From the NCBI GenBank assembly GCA_051362555.1, contig CM120640.1:38852788-38916787 (forward strand): a stretch of 64,000 nt of DNA. The letters are read 5' to 3'. This document shows positions 40,201-53,700 of the stretch, one piece after another. Every line of letters starts with the position of its first letter. The first letter of the stretch is position 1. The notes under the pieces are model-generated. The model did not search any database, was not told where the DNA came from, and worked only from the letters and a program-made list of their open reading frames with translations. The stretch comes from Lingula anatina (lineage: Eukaryota > Animalia > Brachiopoda). A program made the translations under genes and the position numbers.

Positions 40201-41727
40201 AGGAGACCTCCAGCTCCAACCATATGTTGTGGTATTTGATGATCTGCACCATAACAAACTGTCCGTCTTCACTTGTAATAAGGTCATTCTCGAAGACCTC
40301 CAACACCAGCATTCATTCAGCAAAGTCCATTACTGGTCAGACGGAGCACGAGCCCCCAGTCAATTCAAAAGTTGGTTTTTACTGTCTAAACATGGTACTA
40401 TCATGAAAGAGATTTTGGTATGGAAGTGCAGTGGTACTTTTTATACCACTGCCCATGGCAAAGGACCAGTGGATGGGATCATAGGGGAAATGAAACATCA
40501 GGTTTGGAGAGCAGTGCTCCAGAGAAAAATGGTTGTAGATACACCTTATCAATTTTATTTGGCTGGCAAAGAATTATGCCCCAATGTCAACATAATGCAC
40601 CAGACTGCAGCAGATATTGTAGCAGCTACCGCGCCCATCAGCAGTCGCTGGGAAAACTGTCCATCTGTTTCAGGAATTCAACACTTCCAACAGCTTCAGC
40701 CCCAGCTTCGTGGACATGTTCTTGTGTCAACCAATTCTTTGTACCAGCAACCCTCTTAATATGCTAAACTTATTCATATGACTGTGGACTTTGATTTGCC
40801 TGCACATCCGCACTATGACAATGTCGGTCAAGGCACAGCTCACTCTCACCAGGGAAATTTTGTCATTGCGGAATTTGCTGCCAGGAAAGGAGTAAAACAA
40901 TTCTTAGGTCAGGTCATCCATGACACTAAAGACGGCGAAGTGAAAGTCAGTTTCTTACGTACTGAAGGTTCTGGCAAAAGAAACTTTGTGTACCCTGCCA
41001 CAGAAGACAAAGCATGGATTCCCATAAAAGATGCAAAGGAATTCCTTCCAATGCCTAGCATAGACACTCGTGGACTTAACTTGTTTCCATCACCTGTTAA
41101 TGTGACTGCTTGAAAAAATCTCTTAAGTGCAGAAAAGATATGTGTTCTAAGACTAATACTTGTACCTTGTACCTTGCAATATGAATCACAAAAGTCTTGA
41201 TTAAATGAAATTTCAAAGAGAATTTTGCATTGGAGTTTTAGTAAAAAAAATACAGGGGTCAAAAATGTCCCGTCAGAGACGGACCTTTAAGTGATTGTCA
41301 TTCCCACATTAATTTCAATACAAATTAGCTGCTTGTTTTACATAATCCTTTATGGTCTAGCTAAATAAAAATGTATTTAAAAGTAACCATGTGGATCGTT
41401 TACCAACTGTAATTTTTAAAATTGTCTCTAAAATGTCCCGTCAGAGACATTTCAAATACCGTGTTTTGACCCATATTCTAATGTAAACATTAGAGACAAA
41501 ATAAAACAGTCTCCTCTAACACATTCAACATTTAAATTTTGCTCTGAAAAGTCAAATCCATTTAGTCTGGGCAAAACTCTATGAAACTGCTTGAACTCTT
41601 CTGTGTGACACAATAATCTGTCTGGCATTGTAAGTCTGTAACACTGTGAAAGATATTCCACATTAGAATGTGAGCAAAGGTCTTGAAAAGCCCATTTTAG
41701 AAGCAAGATATCTAACAAATATGTATA

Positions 41728-41776
<49 letters not shown>

Positions 41777-44700
41777 CTGAGATATTGCATTATGATCACA
41801 CAAATGAAACCAGATTATCATCCAACTAAGGTTTTTGTTCACAAAAACTCAATTACATGAAAGTCACGTTAAATTAACAAATACTAGTGAGAAAAATTTT
41901 TTTTTTAATTAGATGAAACAGAAAATAAAACACATCATTGCAGTTTCCTTGTAATGATTGTTACATATTCCAGTGTGTTTGCTGCTGGCATTAACAATAT
42001 GATGACATCTAGATTTGATGATCTCACTGCCAACTATGTCAGTGGCCTTAAGGTTTATTCATTTATGCAGAACATATACAGGTTGCTTGATGCAGACTTC
42101 TGGATTGTACAGTATAGTCAGTCCTTAGCAGCAGTGTTCTGTGTAGGTGGTAAGTCAATTCTCGTTAAACAAGCCTCTGTCACTTAATTTTTATGTCATG
42201 TAGGATTTTTTTGTGGAAACTATAGCACAGGTGCAGGCATGGTAAATGAGGGGATTCATCAATAGGATGTATTTTAATATGTACCAGTAATGTAAATGTA
42301 GCTTGTAATTTGGAAGTATGTAGTTCTTTGGCAAGATGAATGTACTCACTTTTCACTATTAAAATAGATGTTTTTTTTTATCATTTAGAATGAACTGCAT
42401 TAGGACAAAAACAGTTTAAACTGAGGTTTTGAAATTTGAATATTTTTTTAAACCATTGTTATCTTTTAAATTGCTTAACTGTCCATTTACCAATTAAATT
42501 GGTGTGCTATGTAATTGAGTGACTGGTTATTCTGAAAACTCTGGCACTGCTTATAGGTGTTAAGAAGCAAATAAAAAAAAGTTAATTAAGTTTATAGATG
42601 CAGTGTCATGTTCACTTGTTCGATTTTGCCAAATACCCAGTTAAGTATAAAAGATTAAAATGTCCCAGTTTAATTTGTGTTCAGCCCCAAAAAGTAAAAA
42701 ATAACAAAGTTTTGGTTAATTTTTGATGCACTATGATATAATTTTTGCTGGGACCTCAGTCTCACACATTTTGCATAAGTATGGATTTGCAGATGTAGAT
42801 TAAAAAATTGCTATGCATTTACACTGGCAATGCTATACAACCTTAAAGGGGATTTGGAGGGGGGATTTTGGAAACCAAATTGAAAGTTCAGTGATGAAAT
42901 AGAATTACACCTTTTTCTGGGAGTAGGAAGCAATTTTTAGTTTGTTGATTTTCTAAGACTGGGTTCCCATATCTACTAGTAGATAGATCTAACAGGATTG
43001 ATCCATCTCCGAATGGTTTTTCACTAAATTGCTTTCAGCTTAAACGGCTTAGATGTCTGGCACGCCTACTAAAGCTGCTAAACTATAATAAATTACACCT
43101 TTACAGTTTCAGTAGGTGTGACAGACATCTAAGCCACTTAAGTTGATTGCAATTTAGCAAGAATCTCCCCGGAGATAGATCGATCCACAGTTAGTATGAT
43201 AGGGTCTGGGAATGGTCCCTAACACATTGGGCTCAGAAAAATTCATTCCTCAAAATGTTTCTTTGGTATGATTAAATTTGAAATGTTCGATTTCTTCATT
43301 GCTGTTTGCTTACCTGAACTCAGATTAATCATTTCAAGCAAAAAAATTATTAAAAAGTGGTGCAATGTTTTGTTATTCTTTCACTCCTTCATAACCACAA
43401 ATTATTTAACAGTGATACCTTGAATAGGCAATAAGTTTTCTTTATAATTAATATAATTGCTATTAGGGTATTTAATAGATTTTATTGTTACTTCATAGTT
43501 CAGACTGACAGTAAAGCCAGTAGTCACTAACACATATTATTTATGAGGTGAACATTGGAAGCAATGATTGTCATTTAAAGAATCTGTATTGCCTAATCAA
43601 TGGGGCCATTCACACTAGCAAATAAAGTATGATCCAATAAACCCTGATAGAACCAACTAATAAAGTCACTTTGCGTTCACACTGCTAAGGGCAACTGTAC
43701 AGTTGCCTCTCGTCTCATACTTCCTCAGGGGTGGATTGAGACCATCTTCTGGGTCTTCTAGAAGATGATCAGATTTTCAAATTTATATTGACGGGTATCT
43801 AATTTTTTCTGTTGGAAGACAGTCAAAAATGGAGGATAGATCAACAAAGATAATTTGGAAGACTGTCAGAAAGTATCTCTGGATCAGCCCCTGCTTCCTG
43901 TTAAGCATGCGCATTATTGTTCACAGTAGAAATTGATGACATGAAAAATATGGTGGAAGTCTAAGTAGTGATGATTGTTAAGTTGTATAAAATATTATTT
44001 TCTTCAACAAAATAAAGGAAATATTTCAATGAAAAAACATGTGATGTTAATTTGAATAGTATATGAAATATGATGAATTGCCTACTCGTGTGCATGCCTT
44101 CGAAATGTAAACATCCAATCTTAACTGCAGTTTTAGTGTTTAACGCAATAGAACTGGAGTTCCAACTTAAAGTTCTTCTTCCCCTTCCCCCCCCTCTATA
44201 ATAATGATATTCATAAGCCATCAACTCAATTTATTATGGTAGCTAAATGATTTTCAAAACTAGAGGACACCTGCATATGCTACACATAATAAGTGTTGAT
44301 GTTTAACCTTTAAAGTTTTAGGGCAGTTTACAAGGTGAAGTTTGTTAAGTGACTAATATATCAGTGTTGATAATGATATGGGTCTTTCCATCACAGTGCT
44401 TTGTACATTTGTCATGTTGGTTATAAGACTAAAGTAGATTTACATATATCAAGTCACATAAATTATACAAATCAGCAGGACCCAAAGAACATGTGTAGGC
44501 TGTTTTATCATGTAATAGAGTACGAAGCATTTTTTTTTAGTGGTCTTGTCCTGTTGTAATTACTCTCTTTATTCTTGTTTTTTAACTGTTCTGGTTTATC
44601 CTAATCAAGCGTAAATATATTCCCGTATATTTGCATTAGCCCGTTTCCTTTTTTTTCTCATATTTCACATTAGTGTGGATCAATTCTTTCTTTTTTGTTA

Positions 44701-47700
44701 TACAGACCGTAAAGCACATGTCATATTACATAAAATGAAAAATTTATACTAACAAATATATTTGTTCCGTTGTGTAATATTTTGTATGTGAATAAATTAT
44801 TACTTTTACTCCATTTTTTAGTAAGCCTGTGTTCTGTAAACAAACCAAGGGTAACTTATAATACTGACCTACTTTATTTATAATGTATATAATATATATA
44901 TATATATATATATACACTATATAATGCATATAATGATTTATTATTAATAGCAGATACAGTACATGTATAAGAGGCTGTGAAGTAAATATGAAAGCAAGTA
45001 TGTTACATATTATACAAATATACACGTTGAATTTTAGAAATAATTAGTATACACAGGAAAAGTACCTTGTTACAGGAGTGATGAACACTGTGCAAAAACT
45101 ATTACCAGCAATTTTTAGTGATTTTCACAGCAAAAAATACCATCATATTTATAATTTAAATTGCCAATACTGTTGCTGTAGTGAACAGAAGCTCTGGCAT
45201 TGAATTTTCAGGGAAGCAGATTGTACAAGGTGAGGTGGGCAGGCTACTCACCTTCTTGGGATACCTGGGAACCCCAGGACAACCTGCTCAGCTGCCTGGA
45301 CATGATTGAAGACTACACCAAGCAAGAGGAGGAGAAACGTAGAACAAGAGAGGAGGAAAAAAGACTTGTAAATATGTTTTGTTTGATGTGAAGTTGAACT
45401 CGTTATAATGGTTTGTGGTGTTGTTCTCTTCTTTACTAGGTGTTAGTGAGTTGATGCTTTAAAAAAAGAGCAAGGTCAGTATTGAATGGTAAGAACTCAT
45501 CATTGCACTTACATCTAAAAGAAAGATATATTCTTTTTTATAGTAAATGCAAACTAATTCTTGTCAATTTAAGAAAAAATATAGCATGTTTTACCCCACC
45601 TAATAAATGTGATTTTTTAAAACTATTTTACTAGTAAATTGAGTTTTAATGTCCCATTTTAATTTTTTGCCACATCTTTACAGAAAAGGGAACAGGAAGG
45701 TGCTGGGCATTCTAAAAGAAGAAAGATGCATTATGATGAGGAGAAGAGTGATGGAGACGTGGATACAGTAAAAGACACATTCTGGAGGGACCTGGAAGAA
45801 GGAAAGATCAACGTCTTTCAAACAGGTGACTTGTATTCCAAAGTGAAATCACAAGGGCGTGCTGCTCGGCCAACATCATTCACTCCACTTTTCACTTCTC
45901 CTAGAAAAGGGAACAGTCAAGAAGAGGAGAGACCACCAAAGCAAAAAGGAAAAAGAGGGAGAAAACCAAAGACTTCAAAAGAAGTGAAAATTTCCAAAAC
46001 ATCTGATAAAGTACAGCAGATGACTGCATTGAAGGATTTTGTTTTAATCAGTGATGATGAAGAAGATAATGTCATGATAAACTTAAAGATCAATGAACCT
46101 CATTCAGATCTGACAAAGAAAGATCATAAAGAAGTTGATGAAATGGAATTGAAACCTAAGCAAGAGTCCTCTAGTGGAATTATCTCATTAGTCAATAAAA
46201 AGATGAAAGATAAGACAAAAAAGAAAAGAGAGGAAATAAAAGGACATACCACCAAGGCAAATGATGGAAAACAAACAAAGAAAATAAAAAAAGAGAAGCT
46301 TCAGTCAGTTGCTGATATGCCAATAAAGACTGATCCAGATTGTCCAAAAATAACCAAGATAAATGACAAAAGCAAAGCTCAAAGCACAAGTGAAGATGTA
46401 AAGAATGAAATGTCAGAACTTACAATGGTTTTCACAAAAAGTGAAAAGGGGATTGCCACAGAGAAAGATGTAAATGAAGTGGAGAAGAAGAAAGAAAAAT
46501 TAACCGAGGAAGCAGAAAAAGTACCAAAAAAGAAAAGGGTATGATATTTTGTGTGGTCCTGACACTTAGTCCTGATTCTTTATTCTTTTAGGATTTCCAA
46601 CATAAAAGTTTTCTATTGCATGTGACATAATTATGCAGGTAATTTTTTTGTTATTTATCATGTGCTTTCAGCACCAGGTTTTCATGATGAAATATTGAGA
46701 AGGGTTTTGATATACTGCCAGCTTGGCTTGTAGAGATGGAGGTATTCTGGATTTTCAGAAACCCTTCCATAAATCTCTCACTATTAAACTGAAAAGGTTG
46801 TAAGGAATTTTATTTCTGAGTCCTGGTGCATGATTATTCATCGCCTGAATTTTAGTCATTTTGGACATTTTAGCACCTGTTTTATATATTACATCATAAT
46901 GTAGGGGTATATGTATATATTATTGCAATTTGTATATTTACCCATGCTGGTAACATATCATTTTCTGTAATTATTGGTAGAAGTTGGGGAGAAATGTGAC
47001 TTCAAATAAATCGGAATACAATACATATTCTAGTATATCAAGTTCAAGCAAAGAATATGAATGCCCAATCAAAAAAGAATCAGTCCTGTTAGTAGGGCTT
47101 TCTCCTACACCATATTTCATATCTACAAACCATGTATCTGGCTGGCAGTACATACTCATTTGGCAGCCCCTGTCTCTCTAATGCTCTAGTTAATTCAATT
47201 TTAATGCTTATCTGTTCCTTGAATTTGCAGTAATAATTCATTGGTACATCTCACAGTATTAAGATTGTAAAAGAGAAGACCATAAAGTTGTCTAATATGC
47301 CATGCATCAAATGGTATTTAAATTCCAGATAAAACTGGATGAAGATCCTGGTATCAAAATTAGTGAGTATTATTGCAATTTGATAAATGTGTGGCACTTT
47401 GAGATTTCAGGCTATAAAATTTATTTACTTTAAGATTTGATTGCCATTGGACAACATTTCACTTACTGAATCTATTATTTTAAATCAGAATATTTTCATT
47501 AAATCTTGAAAATGTTCTTGTCATAGCATTTTCTTAAACACAAGCTTTCAAGATAAGTAAACTTTGTTTAAGTAATGTAATTCATTTGATACAAGCGCAC
47601 ATTTTTTATATATTTCTTTCTACAATTTGACATCATGGTTAGTCTTAACTCTTAAAATTATAAAGTAAAATAATGATTTTCACTTGTACGTTAGTCACTT

Positions 47701-50700
47701 TAGAATCTGATATATTAGTGTTTTTCCTTATAGTCATACCTGAGTTCATACTTGAATTTTTGCTTCATCTTCTAACCTTATTTTCTCTTTTGGCTCTTTA
47801 CAAAATACTCAGATGAACTTTACTAAAAAGTTTCAGTTTAGAGATGGCAGGAATTTACGTGGAATTTTTGTCAATGCATAATTTTGAGTTCTTAATACAA
47901 GTTTATTATATATTATATACAAACAAGCCAAACAAAACATATTTGTGAATTATTTTTCAAATGAAATAGTTATCATGTTTATGCCATTCATGGAAGAAAG
48001 GAAAATTGGTTGCAAGTTCACAATAAAAGTTTTCAATCTTCTTTTTCAGCTATAACTTCCTCTGATCCAGTTACTACTAACGGTGAATTCATGGAGGATT
48101 CTCAACTTACTACTACTATTACTACTACTACATCTACTAACCAAACTCTGGATACTAACAGTTCTAGTTCTAGTAGGGACAATACTGATTCAGTTGTTTG
48201 CAGTGTGTCACCTAACGTAGCTCGGGCTAGCAGCCCATTAGATATGTCAGGTAGTGGCAAGACACCAGTCATTGCACCACTGGTCTCGGGTTCAAATGAA
48301 ACTGGTTCTAAGGTTTCTCTTCCTCGTGGGGACATTAAACTGGATTTCTCCAAATGTCGGGTTCTGCTTAAGCCTGTCTCACTCAAAGCTAATGCACTCA
48401 TATCAAAACAGGGCGGCTATTCTGTGTCTAAATTGGTGTCGGATACCTCAGCAGAGAAGGTTGGTGGAGAAAGCACCGAGGGTCAAGAAAAGACATGTGG
48501 GAGTGCAGTAGAATTAACACCCAGCAATGATAGAGAATTGTTTAGTAATTTAGCCAAAGTAACCAAGGCAGTTAAAGAGGATGATAGTGACAGTGATGAC
48601 AGTGGTGCAGGTGCAGTTAGGGTAGCCAAACCAACTCTTGTCAAATTAACTCCTGGTAACTATGGGAGTAGGGAAATCAACAGGAGGTTTTTGAAGAAGG
48701 AGAGATCTGCATTTTCTTCACTACACCAGGACTTCTCACACAAAGAAAAACTGCCTTCAGCAGCAACCAGAACCTTTAAAGAAAAGCCAGATTTACCTGT
48801 GAAATCAAAGTTTGGAACTGAAAGCATGTACTGTTCTACTGAAGGAAATACAAACCCAATTCTACTAAAGCCTGCAGATAATTTATCTGACATGCCAATT
48901 CTTGGTGAATCTGACACCATTTTTATAAATAAAAAGTGTGAGGAAAGCAGCGAGAACAATAAGAATAAATCTGTTGAAACAAGAGATAGCACATCTAGTG
49001 CTGTTGCTTGTGAACTGAGAGAGGGAGTGATAGAAGCTGATGTGCAGGAATCAGAAGAAATGAATCAGCTAGGCACAGTCCCTACAGTGGAAGTAGAATC
49101 AGTTCCAGACAGTAAAGAAAATTTGTTTGAGTCTGGCATGTTTTGTGCAAGCATAGAGGGTAGCCCATTGGGAGATAGATACATTAAAGACGTCCCAAAG
49201 CTAGAAGTTGGCAGTAATGTTCAACAACAAACCCACAGAAGCCAGCAGCTTGATGTATATGGTACTGCTTGTAGAAAAGAACAATTAGAACCCTTTGGAA
49301 ACATAACTAGTGCAGAATTACAGTTGTCTTCAGCAGACACTAAATTGGTCCCAGTTGATGTGGAGAAGAGAGAAGCTGGGGTGGCAAACATCAGCCCTCC
49401 ACCAATATTAGAGCCTGTAGGCAATGTACAGCAAACTCAGTCAGATTTAGAAGAAAAACCATCTCAAGCCATGGAAGAAGCAGATTTGAAAGCAGTTATG
49501 TCACAAACTACATTAAATGTAGAATCCATTACTTCTTATGCTGGTCCTAAAGTAGAGGGACAGACTTTAAAACCAGGAGACCAAGCTGATGAAGCACAAA
49601 GTGTGATAGAAACTGTGGAATCCAGTTGTACAGAGGCAATTACATCTCCACCTAAACCACATTTCCCTGGATCAGGAAAAGAACTTGATTCTAAAGCAAT
49701 ACCACAAGACACTCTACCTAAGGAAATTGACACTGCAATTCCCACTGATATTGCAGGGGTTGCTCTGTCTGCTAATTCAGTCATTTGTATGAACACTGTT
49801 GAATCAACAGCAAAGACGCAGTCAACAACATCTAAAACTGAGACAAACCAAGCTTCACAACATGTGCAACCCCTTTCTGAAATGGCAGAGAAACAGTCGG
49901 AAAACAGGGTAGATAGTAATGAAATTATGACAGAAACACCCAAGAACTCGTTGAGCAGTAAGCAGAAAAAGGAGCCAATTTCAACAGGAGCATTCAAAGC
50001 AACACATAGGGAGGCGGTTGCAGTTTGTCATGAACCTGATGAGCAGGAAATACAGCCAATTTCAGATGCTCTGTCTGCTAATTCCATAATTGGTGTGAAC
50101 ACTGTTGAATCAACAGCAAAGACACAGTCAACGACATCTAAAACTGAGACAAACCAAGCTTCACAATACGTGCAACCCCTTTCTGAAATGGCAGAGAAAC
50201 AGTTAGATAACAGGGTAGATAGTAAAGAAATTATGACAGAAACAACAGAAAAGACACAGTCAACAACATCTAAAACTGAGACAAACCAAGCTTCACAACA
50301 TGTGCAACCCCTCTCTGAAATGGCAGAGAAACAGTCAGATAACAGGGTAGATAGTAAAGAAATTATGACAGAAACAACAGAAAAGACACAGTCAACAACA
50401 TCTAAAACTGAGACAAACCAAGCTTCACAACATGTGCAACCCCTCTCTGAAATGGCAGAGAAACAGTCAGATAACAGGGTAGATAGTAAAGAAATTATGA
50501 CAGAAACAACAGAAAAGACACAGTCAACAACATCTAAAACTGAGACAAACCAAGCTTCACAACATGTGCAACCCCTCTCTGAAATGGCAGAGAAACAGTC
50601 AGATAACAGGGTAGATAGTAAAGAAATTATGACAGAAACACCCAAGAGCTCATTGAGCAGTGTGCAGAAAAAGGAGCCAATTTCAACAGGAGCATTCAAA

Positions 50701-53700
50701 GCAACACATAGGGAGTTGGTTGCAGTTTGTCATGAACCTGATGAGCAGGAAATACAGCCAATTTCAGATGCTCTGTCTGCTAATTCCATAATTGGTGTGA
50801 ACACTGTTGAATCAACAGCAAAGACACAGTCAACAACATCTAAAACTGAGACAAACCAAGCTTCACAATATGTGCAACCCCTTGCTGAAATGGCAGAAAA
50901 ACAGACAGATAAGAGGGTAAATAGTAAAGTAAGGATGACAGAAACACTGAAGAACTCATTGAGCAGTGTGCATAAAAAGGAGCCAATTTCAACAGGAGCA
51001 TTCAAAGCAACACATAGGGAGTCAGTTGCAGTTTATCATGAACCTGATGAGCAGGAAATACAGCCAATTTCAGATGCTCTATCTGCTAATTCCGTCATTG
51101 GTGTGAACACTGTTGAATCAACAGCAAAGACACAGTCAACAACATCTAAAACTGAAACAAACGAAGCATCACAACATGTGCAACCTTTTGCTGAAATGGC
51201 AGAGAAACAGTCAGATAACAGGGTAGATAGTAAAGAAAGGAAGGCAGAAATGCCAAAAAGCTCATTGAGCAATGTGCAGAAAAGGGAGCCAATTTCAACA
51301 GGAGCATTTAAAGCAACACATATGGAGTTGGTTGCAGTTTATCATGAACCTGATGAGCAGGATATACAGCCAATTTCCGATGCTCTGTCTGCTAATTCCA
51401 TCATTGGTGTGAACACTTTTGAATCAACAGCAAAGACACAGTCAACAACATCTAAAACTGAAACAAACGAAGCATCACAACATGTGCAACCTTTTGCTGA
51501 AATGGCAGAGAAACAGTCAGATAACAGGGTAGATAGTAAAGAAAGGAAGACAGAAACGCCAAAGAGCTCATTGAGCAGTTTGCAGAAAAAGGAGCCAATT
51601 TCAACAGGGGCATTCAAAGTAACACATATGGAGACAGTTGCAGTTCACCATGAACCTGATGAGCAGGAAATACAGCCAATTTCAGACCCAGTTAATGTGA
51701 TTGATGTGAGAATGGAAGATCCATGTGTACTTGAGATGAAGGATTCACAAAATGCACTACCTAGCACTGAACCAACTGTCACAGGTTTTGAGGAGACTGT
51801 ACCAGACGGGCAGAAGAAATCAGATGAACACAGCCATGGAACAGATACACTGCAGCTTAAAACTGCAATGGCAACGGAGAAGGAAATATCCGAGACACCG
51901 CCGTTGGTTAAAGACACTGAACCAACAACAGAAGATACACAGTTGTCTTCAGATGACATTAAATTTTTTCCAGTTGACATTAAGCCTCATGTGGCTATAG
52001 AAAGTACAGGTAGTGAAAGCAAACTTACAGAAATAGATCTGAAACAGACTGTAACAAGTGTTGATCCCAGTGAATTAAGCAAATCCAAATTGGCAACAAA
52101 TTCAACCCTTGCTGATATACTACATGAGTCGGAGGAAAGTCCAAATGACAATCTACCAGTGTCAGTGAAAGACTTGAACCAAAGAGAATTGAATCTGGAA
52201 CCAGATCTAAGTATTCTAAAAAATCCAGACCAAATTAAGGATGATGAGGATCTTTTAGGAAAATATCATTCAGAAGTGGCAGTCTTGTCCAGTGAGCAGC
52301 CAGTTGAGGCACCAGTGACAGAGAAAGGTGATCAGTTTGATGCCGAAGAATTAATACATGACACTGACAGGGTGGAAGTAACACAGACTGAGGCAAGTGA
52401 CTTTGGTGTTGAACATACTACAATGGAAACACCAAAACATTCTGAACCAGTACCAGTGAATATTATTGAAACTACAGCACATGTAGAATCAACAGAAGTG
52501 GAGGCTTCCAGAGATGAGGAAACGGATGTCAAACAAACCAAAAAGCTTTCAGAAGATGAAAATCTAGAGTTACACACAGCACATACAGTGGAACTGGGAC
52601 CTACTGAAATGGAACTTGATGTTAGGGCAATTGTAGCTGAAACTGAAGGAGTTGAGGAATCCAATACAATGGCAGATGATACCACAGTAAATACCAACAA
52701 TGTGCTGCTTTCTGTTACAGAGGAAGAAACTCAGTCTTTCACAACTGCCAAAGTGACACAACTCATGTCATTTATGGGGCCTTCAGAGGTGACAGTGGAT
52801 AATACACAGAATTCAACTTCAGACCTGGAATCTGAAATCATGGTCTTTGCATCAAATGAACAGCAAGTTATAGCAGTAGGGAAGCCAACTGGGGTTGATA
52901 ATGTACTTCCTTCTGGGAGTACATGTAATAACACACCATGTTTGGAGCCCACTGCTGTCCCTGGAATAGAAATGGACACAGATGTAGTGCATGTACCGGT
53001 AGTTGTAGAAACACAACCAGTAGATGCTGTAGAAACCCTTGTTGATGAAACTTCTACTGATGCACAATTCATTGCAGCAGATGAGAACCCACAGGCTACA
53101 GATGTACCAAATGTTCCAACAAAAGATGAGCCTGTAGCATCAGAAAATAAGAATATGCTAGAGAATGAACAATGTTCTTCTTTGGTTAAAGCATGTTGTG
53201 TGGTCAGCATAGAGCATAATAAAACATCTAGTAATTATAAATCAGGAGATGTGAAACCAAGTGGAGAAGAAAATGCAGCCGTTGAAAAACCAGAGGTAAA
53301 GCCTGTAGTAGATTTGCATGGTGCGGAAGATACAGCTATGATACCCCCAGCACACAGCCAGCAAACCCAATCAGCTATAGAATCTACTGTGGGGGATATT
53401 GTGAAAACTACTTATGATGTAGCACGTGCTGTGTCAGATGAAATACTAGCTTCAGAAAAAAATAATGAGCCCAAGGGGGGATTGATCCCTTCTGTGAAAA
53501 AGGAAGAACTGACATTGAGTATTACTTCTGGGTGTATTCAAGATGTTCCAGAATGCAAGAGGAATGTTTCAGGTGTTTTGCAAGAACCTGGCAAGGATTA
53601 TGTAAAAAAAGCAAACTCAAGGAAGTTATTGACAGACTTTGAAACAAATACTGCCAAGAACAAGGAGAAAATGTCAAAGATGGCCTCATTAGTGCTACCT

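Noticed and set aside
44511-44730. TGTAATA...TATTACA-bounded segment as a solo LTR or Ginger-type element
   Set aside because: No matching TSD on the flanks and only a 7-bp terminal match.
45200-45391. Chromodomain as HP1/Polycomb/SUV39 or chromoviral integrase
   Set aside because: No chromoshadow, Pc-box, SET or integrase domain follows; the downstream exons give the MPP8 ankyrin and C-terminal domain.
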